A stretch of 64,000 bases of DNA from an uncultured Rikenellaceae bacterium (GTDB lineage: Bacteria; Bacteroidota; Bacteroidia; Bacteroidales; VadinHA17). The position numbers were made by a program, and so were the translations under genes. The stretch is from assembly GCA_964466705.1 (NCBI GenBank), contig CAYXSM010000009.1, forward strand, positions 44,308 through 108,307, given 5' to 3'. Positions 20,494 through 29,555 of the stretch are shown one piece after another (positions within the stretch are counted from its first letter, which is position 1; each line of letters opens with the position of its first letter). Under the pieces are notes generated by a model. That model made no database searches and was not told the origin of the DNA. It was given only the letters and a program-made list of their open reading frames with translations.

Positions 20494-20654
20494 ATTTTTG
20501 GTTTTATAATAGCCTAATTTAACCGTCATTTACTTTCTGATTTTAAATTTTTTTAATATATAATGAAGCCTGGATTGCTGATATTTCGTATCTTCCGTAA
20601 TAAGACAAATGCCTTGTGGTAACCTGATCTTTAATATCAAAATTCATAGAGATA

Positions 20655-21905
20655 ATGTTAAGAAGGAATTTTCTGCGAACTTCTTCTGCAGGCATCCTGG
20701 GGCTTATGAGCCATGATATCAGGAATGTACTGGAGAACCCTGACCTGCCGGCAATACCGAAGCTGACAATAACGGGAATTGAAACGGTCCGCTTCAGGAA
20801 TGCTAACTGGATGTGGCTCAGATTGCATACCAGTGAAGGTATTACCGGAACGGGAGAGACTTATCCCTTCAACGAAGCAAATTCCGGGGTTATTAAGGAC
20901 CTCGAATGGCACAGCTGGGCAGGCAGATTGCTTGGATCAGATCCCCTTGAAATTGAACAGATCTGGGAAAGGGTATTCCGGCAAAATGCATTCCACGGAA
21001 CAGGCGGTGCCGAAATGAGGGCTCTGTCGGCTGTTAATATCGCACAGTGGGACATCCTGGGGCAGGTTGCCAATATGCCTTTATACCAGTTACTCGGCGG
21101 TTCATACAATAAGGAAATCAGAGTATACAACACGTACACTAACTCTCGTGCCATTAACGGATGGTCCCTGGAAAATGATATGGAAACAATTGCAGGATTC
21201 CTTGTTGGTCAGGGTATCAAAGCAATAAAGATCTGTCCGTTTGATAAAGTGGCTGCCAGGAATAATGGTGAATATATAAGCAGAATTGATATTGAGGAAA
21301 GTCTTGACTGGATCCGCAGGATAAGGGATTCTGTCGGGTTTGAGCTGGAAATTGGTTGTGAATTCCACAGCATGTGGAACCTTCCGTCGGCTGTACGTAT
21401 AGCAAGAGCTCTGGAGCCATATGAAATACTTTTTCTTGAAGACATGCTTTTACAGGATAATATCCAGGCCTACGTCAGTCTTAATAATGAATCACCGATC
21501 CCTCTCGTTATAAGTGAACGGCTGGCTACACGCTTCGGATTCAGGGAGATGTTTGAAGCTAAAGCAGGTTCTATAGTCATGTATGATCTTACATGGTGCG
21601 GTGGAATCAGCGAAGGAAAGAAAATTTCAGACCTGGCGAATACTTACTATATACCCACCATGATGCATACTGCAGGAGGACCTGTCCTGTGGTACGCATC
21701 AGCACATCTGGCTGCAGCCATAACCAATCTCTTCTACGTGGAAAGTGTTTTCCCGACATGGCACGACCGCGACTTCCTTTACTTCGAAAATCCTCCCCAG
21801 GTACGGGGAGGCCTGATAAAACCACCATGCCTGCCAGGTCTTGGCCTTCAGTTCCGGAAAGAAGTGTTCGATCACAAAAATAGCATTGTTGAGAGAATCG
21901 CATGA
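20655..21905 (+). CDS. Enolase-superfamily (mandelate racemase/muconate lactonizing, acid-sugar dehydratase type) protein with Tat signal
   Basis: 416 aa. The N-terminus MLRRNFLRTSSAGILGLMS has a twin-arginine motif. Capping-domain GITGTGETYP and barrel motifs EIGCEFHSMWN, ILFLEDML and VISERLA are present. Confidence 0.85.
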   Translation: MLRRNFLRTSSAGILGLMSHDIRNVLENPDLPAIPKLTITGIETVRFRNANWMWLRLHTSEGITGTGETYPFNEANSGVIKDLEWHSWAGRLLGSDPLEIEQIWERVFRQNAFHGTGGAEMRALSAVNIAQWDILGQVANMPLYQLLGGSYNKEIRVYNTYTNSRAINGWSLENDMETIAGFLVGQGIKAIKICPFDKVAARNNGEYISRIDIEESLDWIRRIRDSVGFELEIGCEFHSMWNLPSAVRIARALEPYEILFLEDMLLQDNIQAYVSLNNESPIPLVISERLATRFGFREMFEAKAGSIVMYDLTWCGGISEGKKISDLANTYYIPTMMHTAGGPVLWYASAHLAAAITNLFYVESVFPTWHDRDFLYFENPPQVRGGLIKPPCLPGLGLQFRKEVFDHKNSIVERIA

Positions 21906-21946
21906 TATCTGCGACAACTAAACAGATTATCATACCTTATCATCCT

Positions 21947-23080
21947 CTAGCCTTCAGCAATCACCCGTTCTACGAGTGCTTTCATATAACCTATGGAAAA
22001 GGCAGTTCCCGTATATGGCCCGTAAACCATCGAAGGAATGTGATCGGCAATTATCACCCCGTCAAAATCAACATCTTTCAGAGCTTTGAGTATTTTGTAC
22101 ATATCGGCATATCCGTCATCAAGGAATGTCTCGACAAAATGAGGAAGAGGCTGGTTGACATTACGGAAATGGACCTTGAAGATCTTTTTTCTTTCACCGA
22201 AATACCTGATGGTCTCAATGACATCTTCGCCCATAAGATCTCCGCCTTCAAGCCAGCATCCTACGCACAGGCAAATTCCCACGTTTGGACTGTCAGCAAT
22301 TTCAAGAGCACGTTTGTATCCATCGAAACTGCTGAATATACACCTTGGTATTCCTCCCAGTTCAGGAACAGGGGGGTCATCGGGATGAATGCCGATTTTA
22401 ACATTTTCCTCCTCTGCCACGGGTGCAGCCTGACTGATGAAATATTTATAATTTTCCCACAGTTCATCATCAGTATATTTACGTCCGTGAGTTAGCGATC
22501 CTTCGTAGGTTTTTCCGTGCCAGTAACCGGCTACTGCACTGTCAAGGTTGAATGCCCGGGCTGAAGCTCCACCGCGTGTCGTTTCTCTTTCCGTGCTCCA
22601 GATGCCGTTAGCCATATGGGCATATGTTGTGTATGGTATACCTGCTTTTCCCAGATTACGTAAATGAGTTATATACTCTTTAATTTTGGAATCCCTTCCG
22701 GGCAGGTTCAGGGTAATGGCATCCTGGTTATGGACATCCCAGTTACCGAAACCGAAAACTTTTATTCCGGCTTCTTCAAACAGCAGACGCCTGCTGTTGT
22801 AATATTCGAAACCTGCCTTTCGGGCATCTGTCCACAGCACAACATGGTCAATACCCATCTGATGCATAAACCTGATATCATCTTCGGAAGGTTCAGGGGA
22901 AGCCTGCAGTGCAATTTTGATACAGGGCTCCTGAGGAGGATATTCTGAAGGATCTTTAATATAGCTTTCAACGGTTTCTTCAGAAGCGGATACATTGTTC
23001 CTGCATGAACTCAGCCCGGCAATCGAAAATGCTGCCAGGGCAGAGCCTTTTTTTATGAACTCTCTTCGGTTATCTTTCAT
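21947..23080 (-). CDS. Mannonate dehydratase (UxuA) family protein with Tat signal and lipobox
   Basis: The track ORF starts at 23161 and overlaps the upstream gene by 50 nt. Met at 23080 gives MKDNRREFIKKGSALAAFSIAGLSSC. IGIHPDDPP, FKVHFRNV and VIIADHIP are UxuA-type motifs as I recall them. Confidence 0.72.
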   Translation of the reverse strand: MKDNRREFIKKGSALAAFSIAGLSSCRNNVSASEETVESYIKDPSEYPPQEPCIKIALQASPEPSEDDIRFMHQMGIDHVVLWTDARKAGFEYYNSRRLLFEEAGIKVFGFGNWDVHNQDAITLNLPGRDSKIKEYITHLRNLGKAGIPYTTYAHMANGIWSTERETTRGGASARAFNLDSAVAGYWHGKTYEGSLTHGRKYTDDELWENYKYFISQAAPVAEEENVKIGIHPDDPPVPELGGIPRCIFSSFDGYKRALEIADSPNVGICLCVGCWLEGGDLMGEDVIETIRYFGERKKIFKVHFRNVNQPLPHFVETFLDDGYADMYKILKALKDVDFDGVIIADHIPSMVYGPYTGTAFSIGYMKALVERVIAEG

Positions 23081-23111
23081 ATTGTAAATTTTCGATGTTT
23101 GATTATTCTGA

Positions 23112-24893
23112 TTATTTTCCTGCCTTTCTGCCGGAAGATCCTTTGTAAGCTGACTTTTCATTCTTTACCAGAGTGTCAGGAAAAGAAACGAGTTCAATGC
23201 CTTTGTTGTATCCCAGGTTTCTAGAGTATTGCTTCTTCTCCGGGTCATTCCAGTGTTCATGTACACCAAGACTGGGGATTGGCTTACCGCTGTTATCAGG
23301 GTCATAGATAATTCCCTCCGGCCAGTTTGATTTATCGGCTGCCTGGTGAAGATAGTCATCCACTCCGTTAATGTTGGGTCTGTCTTCTGCTGCGTTATTG
23401 GCAGGATCATGTTTGTTGATCCCGTTCCATTCGGTCCGGAGAAAGTCAAAACATACCGATTCAAGAGCAACCTGATCCTGTGAGACAAAAATTGAGTTGC
23501 ACCAATCATCGTTGAAAGGTGGCATAAAGTACTTAACCGGTGCCCTGGTTTCGCTTGCACCCCCCCCAAAAAGACCGTCAACCAGGTATAATACCGTATT
23601 TTGACCAAGGTATTTGCTTCCCATCAGATCCACAAGGTTTCTGTATTTCCTGTAGCCGGTGTTTGTAGGACGTCCTCCAATGGGTATCACAAGGGCATTG
23701 TGCAGATGGATTGCATTCTCTCTGGCATGAGATCCGAAATGATTTTTTGCCGTCAGCGAGATGCCTGCCGACATATGAGGTTTGAGATTCGCAACATTTA
23801 TCAGGTAGTCGGCATTCTCTATCACGTCATAAAGCTTATCGGTCTGGGCTTTGTCGGAATAAAAGATAAGGTCTTTACTGGTAGGATAAATGAGCGTTCT
23901 TCCGTTTTCTGATGAGAATTTGCCAGTATAAACAACATCAGGAAATTCTGAAAACCATACATCATAATTATGACCACAGATATCAGTCATCGGATCACCG
24001 ACGACGATGTCAGCCTGATTGACTCCAACCTCATATACCAGTTCTTTCAAAAGCTCCAGGACAACATACGGCCCTGCCTCGGTTGCTCCGAAAACGGGTT
24101 TTCTCCGCTCTTCGCCCGGTTTCAGGGTTGTGGGATAATAGAATCCTTTTTCTTTTTCCTCAACATTCAGTCCAAGTCTTGATGTACCCTGGTTAATTTT
24201 GATTAGTATCTTTTCCCCTTTTCTGTAGCCTGCCTTTATGTTATGCTTTTTATGGTTGTGATACCGGAACAGGACATCCCATGAACGGGCAATTGTTTTT
24301 TCCCCGGTAAGTCCCGTAAGGGAGGATCTTATCATATCCCTTACCACTTCCCTGTTTGTATTCTCCGGCTTAAAGAACCAGTCCTGTGTATCGAAACAGG
24401 TTACACAGTTTTCATTTGTAGCTTCCGGATTCCACACCCAGACGACACGACCCGGATGGACTCCCTGTTCCACACCAGAGGGCTGGTTCGGGCCATCATC
24501 GGGGCCTGTTGCCGGAAGAGCTGCAGCATAAACGTCTTTAGCGCTGTTGGTCATGGAAATAATCAGTCCGGCAAGTGCGGCAACAATAAATAAAGCTGCG
24601 GCCACATAACGCGAACGGATAAGATTTTGTTTCGCTTTTCGGAAAGCCAGCAGGCTTCCTCCAAGCGAGAGAAGGTAGACAACAAAGCCTGACATGAGCG
24701 GTGCTGCCACTTTCATGCAGGGGTATGTGGCCCTGGATGGTTTTGGTATAACCCGGATTAAAAACCATATAGTAGAGATATCTCCGGTAAGTGCAAAAAG
24801 AAGCCGGGGAGGGATGTTGCGGCCAGGCATCCAGGCATTAATTTCCCCGATCTTTCTCTTAAGCTTTAATGCATCAAATCTGTATTTTCTCAT
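23112..24893 (-). CDS. Membrane-anchored DUF362 domain protein (paralog 1)
   Basis: 593 aa. Three predicted N-terminal TM helices include the conserved IWFLIRVIPKPSRATYPCMKVAAPLMSGFV. DUF362-like ILIKINQGT and LINVANLKPHMSAGISLTAKNHFGS are present. About 60% identical by eye to 27619..29358. Confidence 0.65.
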   Translation of the reverse strand: MRKYRFDALKLKRKIGEINAWMPGRNIPPRLLFALTGDISTIWFLIRVIPKPSRATYPCMKVAAPLMSGFVVYLLSLGGSLLAFRKAKQNLIRSRYVAAALFIVAALAGLIISMTNSAKDVYAAALPATGPDDGPNQPSGVEQGVHPGRVVWVWNPEATNENCVTCFDTQDWFFKPENTNREVVRDMIRSSLTGLTGEKTIARSWDVLFRYHNHKKHNIKAGYRKGEKILIKINQGTSRLGLNVEEKEKGFYYPTTLKPGEERRKPVFGATEAGPYVVLELLKELVYEVGVNQADIVVGDPMTDICGHNYDVWFSEFPDVVYTGKFSSENGRTLIYPTSKDLIFYSDKAQTDKLYDVIENADYLINVANLKPHMSAGISLTAKNHFGSHARENAIHLHNALVIPIGGRPTNTGYRKYRNLVDLMGSKYLGQNTVLYLVDGLFGGGASETRAPVKYFMPPFNDDWCNSIFVSQDQVALESVCFDFLRTEWNGINKHDPANNAAEDRPNINGVDDYLHQAADKSNWPEGIIYDPDNSGKPIPSLGVHEHWNDPEKKQYSRNLGYNKGIELVSFPDTLVKNEKSAYKGSSGRKAGK

Positions 24894-25018
24894 TATACTC
24901 CAGGCTGGTTAAAAATAATATATTATGATATTTCAGTTGTTTTTTATAATTATCTGAGTATTTAATAATTAATGTTCTTCATCTGCTCTCTTTACATTCA
25001 AAAGTACTTATTTTTAAT

Positions 25019-25047
25019 AAAAAAAGGGGCTTGTATCCACCCCTTTT
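25019..25047 (-). terminator. Intrinsic terminator candidate between the enolase paralog and DUF362 paralog 1
   Basis: The minus strand reads AAAAGGGG-tggatacaag-CCCC followed by TTTTTTATT, about 25 nt after the stop at 25069. Confidence 0.45.
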
Positions 25048-25068
25048 CTTATAAAAAATATCATGTGA

Positions 25069-26544
25069 TCAACTCCACAACCGGTCATGGGAACGCTTCT
25101 GATCCCATTCAGGTGTGGGTTCAAACCATGTCGAGCCTTTGCGCATATATTTTTTGCACACTTCCTCGTTCAGCTCAATGCCGAGTCCGGGAGAGTCAAG
25201 CGGTACATTGGCAAATCCTTTCTCTATCATGGGTTTGGAGCCGGTCATTCTGACAAGGTCGTTATAATAAGGTGTATCCACGTTATGATGCTCCAGTGAA
25301 AGGAAGTTTTGAGTTGCGGCTGCGCAGTGCACATTTGCCATCAGGCATACCGGCGATCCTGCCATATGCATGGCCATGGCAATTCCGTGCTCTTCGGCAT
25401 AATCACCGATCCTTTTGGTCTCCAGAAGACCTCCTGAGCTTCCAAGATCGGGATGAATAATGTCTATTGCCTGGGCATCAATGAGAGGTTTGAAACCATC
25501 CTTGAGCAGATAGATATCCTCTCCTGTCAATACAGGTGTTTCGAGAGCTTCGGTAAGGATCTTGTTCTTGTGTACATCGAACCATGGCACCATATCTTCA
25601 AGCCATGCCAGACGGTATTTTTCCATAGCCCGCCCGAATCGTATTGCATTGTTCACATCAAAGTGTCCGAAATGGTCGGCACAGAGGGGCATTTCATACC
25701 CGACCCCGTCTCTCACCTTTTCAACGTATTCTGCAAGTCCTGCGAGTCCTTTGTCCGTTATCTGTACCTGTGTGAAAGGATGAAGGGTGTTGCCGTAACC
25801 CATATAGGTTCTCAGATCGTACTGTCCTGTGGCTCCGTCCCAGAATTTTGAATTTACTAGTGTGTCCGGCTGCTTTGCAACGACATGTATTCCAAGATCC
25901 ATCTTTAGCCAGGTAAATCCCTGTTCTTCAACTCTTTTCTTCATCACTTCTGCAAATCTGACCGGATCGTCGGCACCCGGAGTGTCAGCATAGAGCCGCA
26001 CTTTGTCGCGGTACCTTCCTCCAAGAAGCTGCCAGGCCGGAACATTGTAAGCCTTTCCTGTCAGATCCCACAGAGCCATTTCAACAGCACAAACGCCCCC
26101 TCCCTGGCGGCCATGGTAGCCAAATTGCCTTATTATTTTAAAAATCATTTCAACATTGCAGGGATTAAGGCCCAGTATTCTGCTTTTAAGGAAAAGAGCA
26201 TAACGCACATCGGCACCGTCTCTTACTTCGCCAAGTCCGTAAATTCCCTGGTTGGTGTCAATCCTAATGATATGCTTGTTCATGATAGTGGCGTAGCGCA
26301 TATCGGTGATCTTAAGATCAGAAGGATTTGATGCCCTGTTGACCTGAGATGTGGTATGTGCTATAGTGTCTTCCAATGACAGGTGCATAAGACCGCCCAG
26401 GGCAATACCCCCGAAAGCGGCTTTTTTCAGGAAGCTCCGGCGATCATTGTCCTGATGAGGCGAATCAATGATCAGGGATTTATTTACTTCTTCCTTTTCC
26501 CTGGTCTTTTCTTTTTCAATAATCTTCTTCAATGATTCTTTCAT
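25069..26544 (-). CDS. Enolase-superfamily acid-sugar dehydratase-like protein with Tat signal
   Basis: 491 aa. A long n-region precedes DRRSFLKKAAFGGIALGG. GIYGLGEV, CADHFGHFD, AWLEDMVPW and LTGEDIY match D/E/E metal-ligand contexts of the MR subgroup. Confidence 0.85.
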   Translation of the reverse strand: MKESLKKIIEKEKTREKEEVNKSLIIDSPHQDNDRRSFLKKAAFGGIALGGLMHLSLEDTIAHTTSQVNRASNPSDLKITDMRYATIMNKHIIRIDTNQGIYGLGEVRDGADVRYALFLKSRILGLNPCNVEMIFKIIRQFGYHGRQGGGVCAVEMALWDLTGKAYNVPAWQLLGGRYRDKVRLYADTPGADDPVRFAEVMKKRVEEQGFTWLKMDLGIHVVAKQPDTLVNSKFWDGATGQYDLRTYMGYGNTLHPFTQVQITDKGLAGLAEYVEKVRDGVGYEMPLCADHFGHFDVNNAIRFGRAMEKYRLAWLEDMVPWFDVHKNKILTEALETPVLTGEDIYLLKDGFKPLIDAQAIDIIHPDLGSSGGLLETKRIGDYAEEHGIAMAMHMAGSPVCLMANVHCAAATQNFLSLEHHNVDTPYYNDLVRMTGSKPMIEKGFANVPLDSPGLGIELNEEVCKKYMRKGSTWFEPTPEWDQKRSHDRLWS

Positions 26545-26586
26545 AATGTATTTATTAATGATTTAATTGGATTAACATTTTTCTGA

Positions 26587-27519
26587 TTACCAGTTACGAT
26601 CCTTGAAATAATTATCCAGCTCCTCCTGTGTCATGGGCAGTTTGCCGGGGTAATTTTTCAGCCAGCTGAGAAAATCATTTCTGATTTCTTCTGACCAGCG
26701 GGTATCTATCTGTCCGGGTTTATACCTGCCTTCACGCAGTCTCTGATGTCCGAATTCATCACGCAGGGCTGTTACTTCGCCGTTGATGACAAGATCCTTA
26801 ACAAGGTATGCGGGAATGAAAATCACTCCGTATTTTTTTGCGAGCACCACATCACCAGGAAAAACGGTTGCATTGCCGATTCTTACCGGGGCATTAATCG
26901 AAGTCAGCATCATATTGGTAATCCACGATGGGTCCGAACCCAGAAACCAGGCATTGAACCCTTCTATTTCCGCCAGACCTTCCTCGTCCCTTATTGAACC
27001 ATAGAACACAACCCCTCTTTTGGATTTACTGTAGATTGAGTTACCCAGATTATCTCCGATAAGAGTTCCATCCACTATTTTCCCGTATCCATCAGCAACA
27101 TATACATCACCATCTACAAGAATATCTATGGGCCATGAGTTGGTCCCTCCCTCCTGGGTCCGGTCCTCCTGTTTTCCCAATTCACGTATGTATTTGTCAT
27201 AATCAGGGCGTGAGGGCATGTATTGGGCTGTGACAACTCTCCCTGTCATTGTTTCTTCAGGATGAAGGATCTCCCATTTCCTCTCGAACTGATTATGATA
27301 GCCTCTGGCACGAAGGAAGGCATAAGCTTCCTCCACAGAGATATTCTTCAGTCTTTCAAGATATGAATCTGAAACTTTGGGTCTCCCGTCAGCAAAGCGT
27401 TCACCGGTCCATTCCGAAGTAATGGATTTAATGTATCCGGGGGTGGAATTTATTCGCTGAGGCAGGGCAATGGCGCTTATTCCAAACAAACTGGCAAGCA
27501 GAAATAATCTTCTGTACAT
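26587..27519 (-). CDS. RraA-family (HMG/CHA aldolase-like) protein with N-terminal signal peptide
   Basis: 310 aa. Signal MYRRLFLLASLFGISAIALPQ. GDVYVADGYGKIVDGTLIGDNLG, RGVVFYGSIRD and PVRIGNATVFPGDVVLAKKYGVIFIP resemble the RraA/DlpA fold. Confidence 0.72.
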   Translation of the reverse strand: MYRRLFLLASLFGISAIALPQRINSTPGYIKSITSEWTGERFADGRPKVSDSYLERLKNISVEEAYAFLRARGYHNQFERKWEILHPEETMTGRVVTAQYMPSRPDYDKYIRELGKQEDRTQEGGTNSWPIDILVDGDVYVADGYGKIVDGTLIGDNLGNSIYSKSKRGVVFYGSIRDEEGLAEIEGFNAWFLGSDPSWITNMMLTSINAPVRIGNATVFPGDVVLAKKYGVIFIPAYLVKDLVINGEVTALRDEFGHQRLREGRYKPGQIDTRWSEEIRNDFLSWLKNYPGKLPMTQEELDNYFKDRNW

Positions 27520-27618
27520 AATGTATGGGTTTAGATTTTAAGTAAGCTGATCGTAAGTTAAGTCTCGGTTACAAAAATGGCTCAAAGTTACCTTTATGGT
27601 ACGTTGGGATTCTTTAGA

Positions 27619-29358
27619 TTACCTCCTGGATATTGCCAGAGTATCAGGCACAGAGACCAGCTCTATGCCATATGGGCGCCCCAGATTACGGGAATACTGC
27701 TTCTGCACTGCATTATTCCAGTGCTCATGAATGCCCAGGCTCGGAAGGGGCCTGCCGCTGCCGTCAGGATCATATACAATACCCTCAGGCCAGCTGGCCG
27801 GAACAGCAGCCTGATGAAGATAATCGTCGACTCCGTTTACATTTGGAATGTCCTCATAAGAATTGTTGGCCGGATTATGTGAGTATGTTCCGTTCCATTC
27901 TGCCCTCAGGAAATCATAACATACCGATTCAAGTGCAACCTGGTCCTGCGATACAAATATCGAATTGCACCAGTCGTTGTTAAAAGGCTGCATAAAATAT
28001 TTAACCGGGACTTTTGTCTCATTTGACCCTCCCCCGAACAATCCGTCAACGACAAAAAGCAGCGTATTTCTGCCAAGATAACGGCTTCCCATTATGTCTA
28101 CCATTACCCGGTATTTACCGTATCCGTTGTTGGTTGGTCTTCCCAGTGAGACCGGAGAAATTAAAGAAGCATGAAGATGAACAGCAGATTGTCTTCCATG
28201 TGATCCGAAATGATTTTTTGCGGTCAGTGAGATTCCGGCTCTTCCGTGAGGTTTCAGATTTGCCACATTGATAAGGTAATCAGCATCCTCAAAGACATCA
28301 TATAGCCTGTCTCTCAGCTTTCCGTCAGAGTAAATGACAAGTTCATTTTCTGACGGCTTTGTAAGCGTCCGGCCAAACTTGTCAGACGATCTGTCAACAT
28401 ACACCACATCAGGGAATTCCCTGGCCCACACTTCATGATTATGTCCGAATATGTGGCTCATAGGGTCACCAATGGCAATATTCTTCTGATCTACCCCGGC
28501 TTTGTTGACAAGCTGTCTCAGGATTTCAAGGACCACGTTGGGATATGTCTCGCATGTTCCCGTCAGGCCATTTCTGGCATGTTCACTGTCAGTTACTTCT
28601 GCAGGAATGTAGAAGCCATTTTCTATCTCTCTTTTTCTCAGCTTTGCATTGGCAGTTCCCTGGTTTATCTTGATAAAGATCTTTTCTCCTTTTTTATATC
28701 CTCTTTTTTTATTGTATTTCTGATAATTAAACGACCGGAAAAGAGCATCCCATGATCTCTCGAGGGTTGATTTGCCTGTGAGCTTCAATATTGCATCTTC
28801 CATCATTTTGCTCACGACGTCCTGATCTGTGTTGCCGGGTTTGTGTAAATCAAAACTGTTAATGCAATTTTCATTGGTAGCTTCCGGGTTCCAGACCCAT
28901 ACAACACGGCCCGCATTGATGCCGGCAGGTTCTCCCATTGGCTGGTTAGGCCCGTCCGAAGGTCCCGTTAAAATGTTTCCTTCAGTTATATCGTTACCGG
29001 ATGTAGCCGGATCAACTGTGTTGCTGAAGCTGAATAATGCGGTAAACAACAGGAACAGGGTTGATATAAACCTGACCCTGTGAATTCCATTACGTGTTTT
29101 TCTGAAGAGAAGTGTAAGCCCTCCCACAGACAGAATATATATCACGAAGCCTGACATCAGTGGCGCTGCCACACGCATACAGGGATATGCAGCCCTGGAA
29201 GGTTTTGGCATTACTCTGATGATGAACCAGATTGTTGATACGATACCAGGAACCAGGAAAATCAGAAGGGGAGGGATTTTAAAATATTTCATCTTCTCCC
29301 TGATTCTGCCCGGCCATCCTTTTAATTTAGAAATGCCAAATCTCTGAAATTCAGCCAT
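27619..29358 (-). CDS. Membrane-anchored DUF362 domain protein (paralog 2)
   Basis: 579 aa. It shares IWFIIRVMPKPSRAAYPCMRVAAPLMSGFV, GRVVWVWNPEATNENC, LINVANLKPHGRAGISLTAKNHFGSH and NDWCNSIFVSQDQVALESVCYDFLR with paralog 1. Confidence 0.65.
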   Translation of the reverse strand: MAEFQRFGISKLKGWPGRIREKMKYFKIPPLLIFLVPGIVSTIWFIIRVMPKPSRAAYPCMRVAAPLMSGFVIYILSVGGLTLLFRKTRNGIHRVRFISTLFLLFTALFSFSNTVDPATSGNDITEGNILTGPSDGPNQPMGEPAGINAGRVVWVWNPEATNENCINSFDLHKPGNTDQDVVSKMMEDAILKLTGKSTLERSWDALFRSFNYQKYNKKRGYKKGEKIFIKINQGTANAKLRKREIENGFYIPAEVTDSEHARNGLTGTCETYPNVVLEILRQLVNKAGVDQKNIAIGDPMSHIFGHNHEVWAREFPDVVYVDRSSDKFGRTLTKPSENELVIYSDGKLRDRLYDVFEDADYLINVANLKPHGRAGISLTAKNHFGSHGRQSAVHLHASLISPVSLGRPTNNGYGKYRVMVDIMGSRYLGRNTLLFVVDGLFGGGSNETKVPVKYFMQPFNNDWCNSIFVSQDQVALESVCYDFLRAEWNGTYSHNPANNSYEDIPNVNGVDDYLHQAAVPASWPEGIVYDPDGSGRPLPSLGIHEHWNNAVQKQYSRNLGRPYGIELVSVPDTLAISRR

Positions 29359-29555
29359 AGAGAATGAAAAGGAATTTATACGCAGTTAATTATACCACAA
29401 GGTTTATCAAAAAGATTTATGTGATTAAACATATGCAGTTTTTTCCTCAGAAAAAATCCGCATAATGAAAAAATCAAAAAATTTAACATTTTTTAAGATA
29501 TGCCACGGCAAATTCCCTGAGAAACTGATTTAAACCAGAGTACGTATGTCGGATA

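Noticed and set aside
21947-23161. Track start at 23161 for the UxuA-like gene, implying a 50-nt overlap with the DUF362 gene
   Set aside because: The internal Met at 23080 gives a canonical Tat-lipoprotein N-terminus and removes the overlap. The longer N-terminus (MKSQLTKDLPAERQENNQNNQTSKIYN) looks non-coding.
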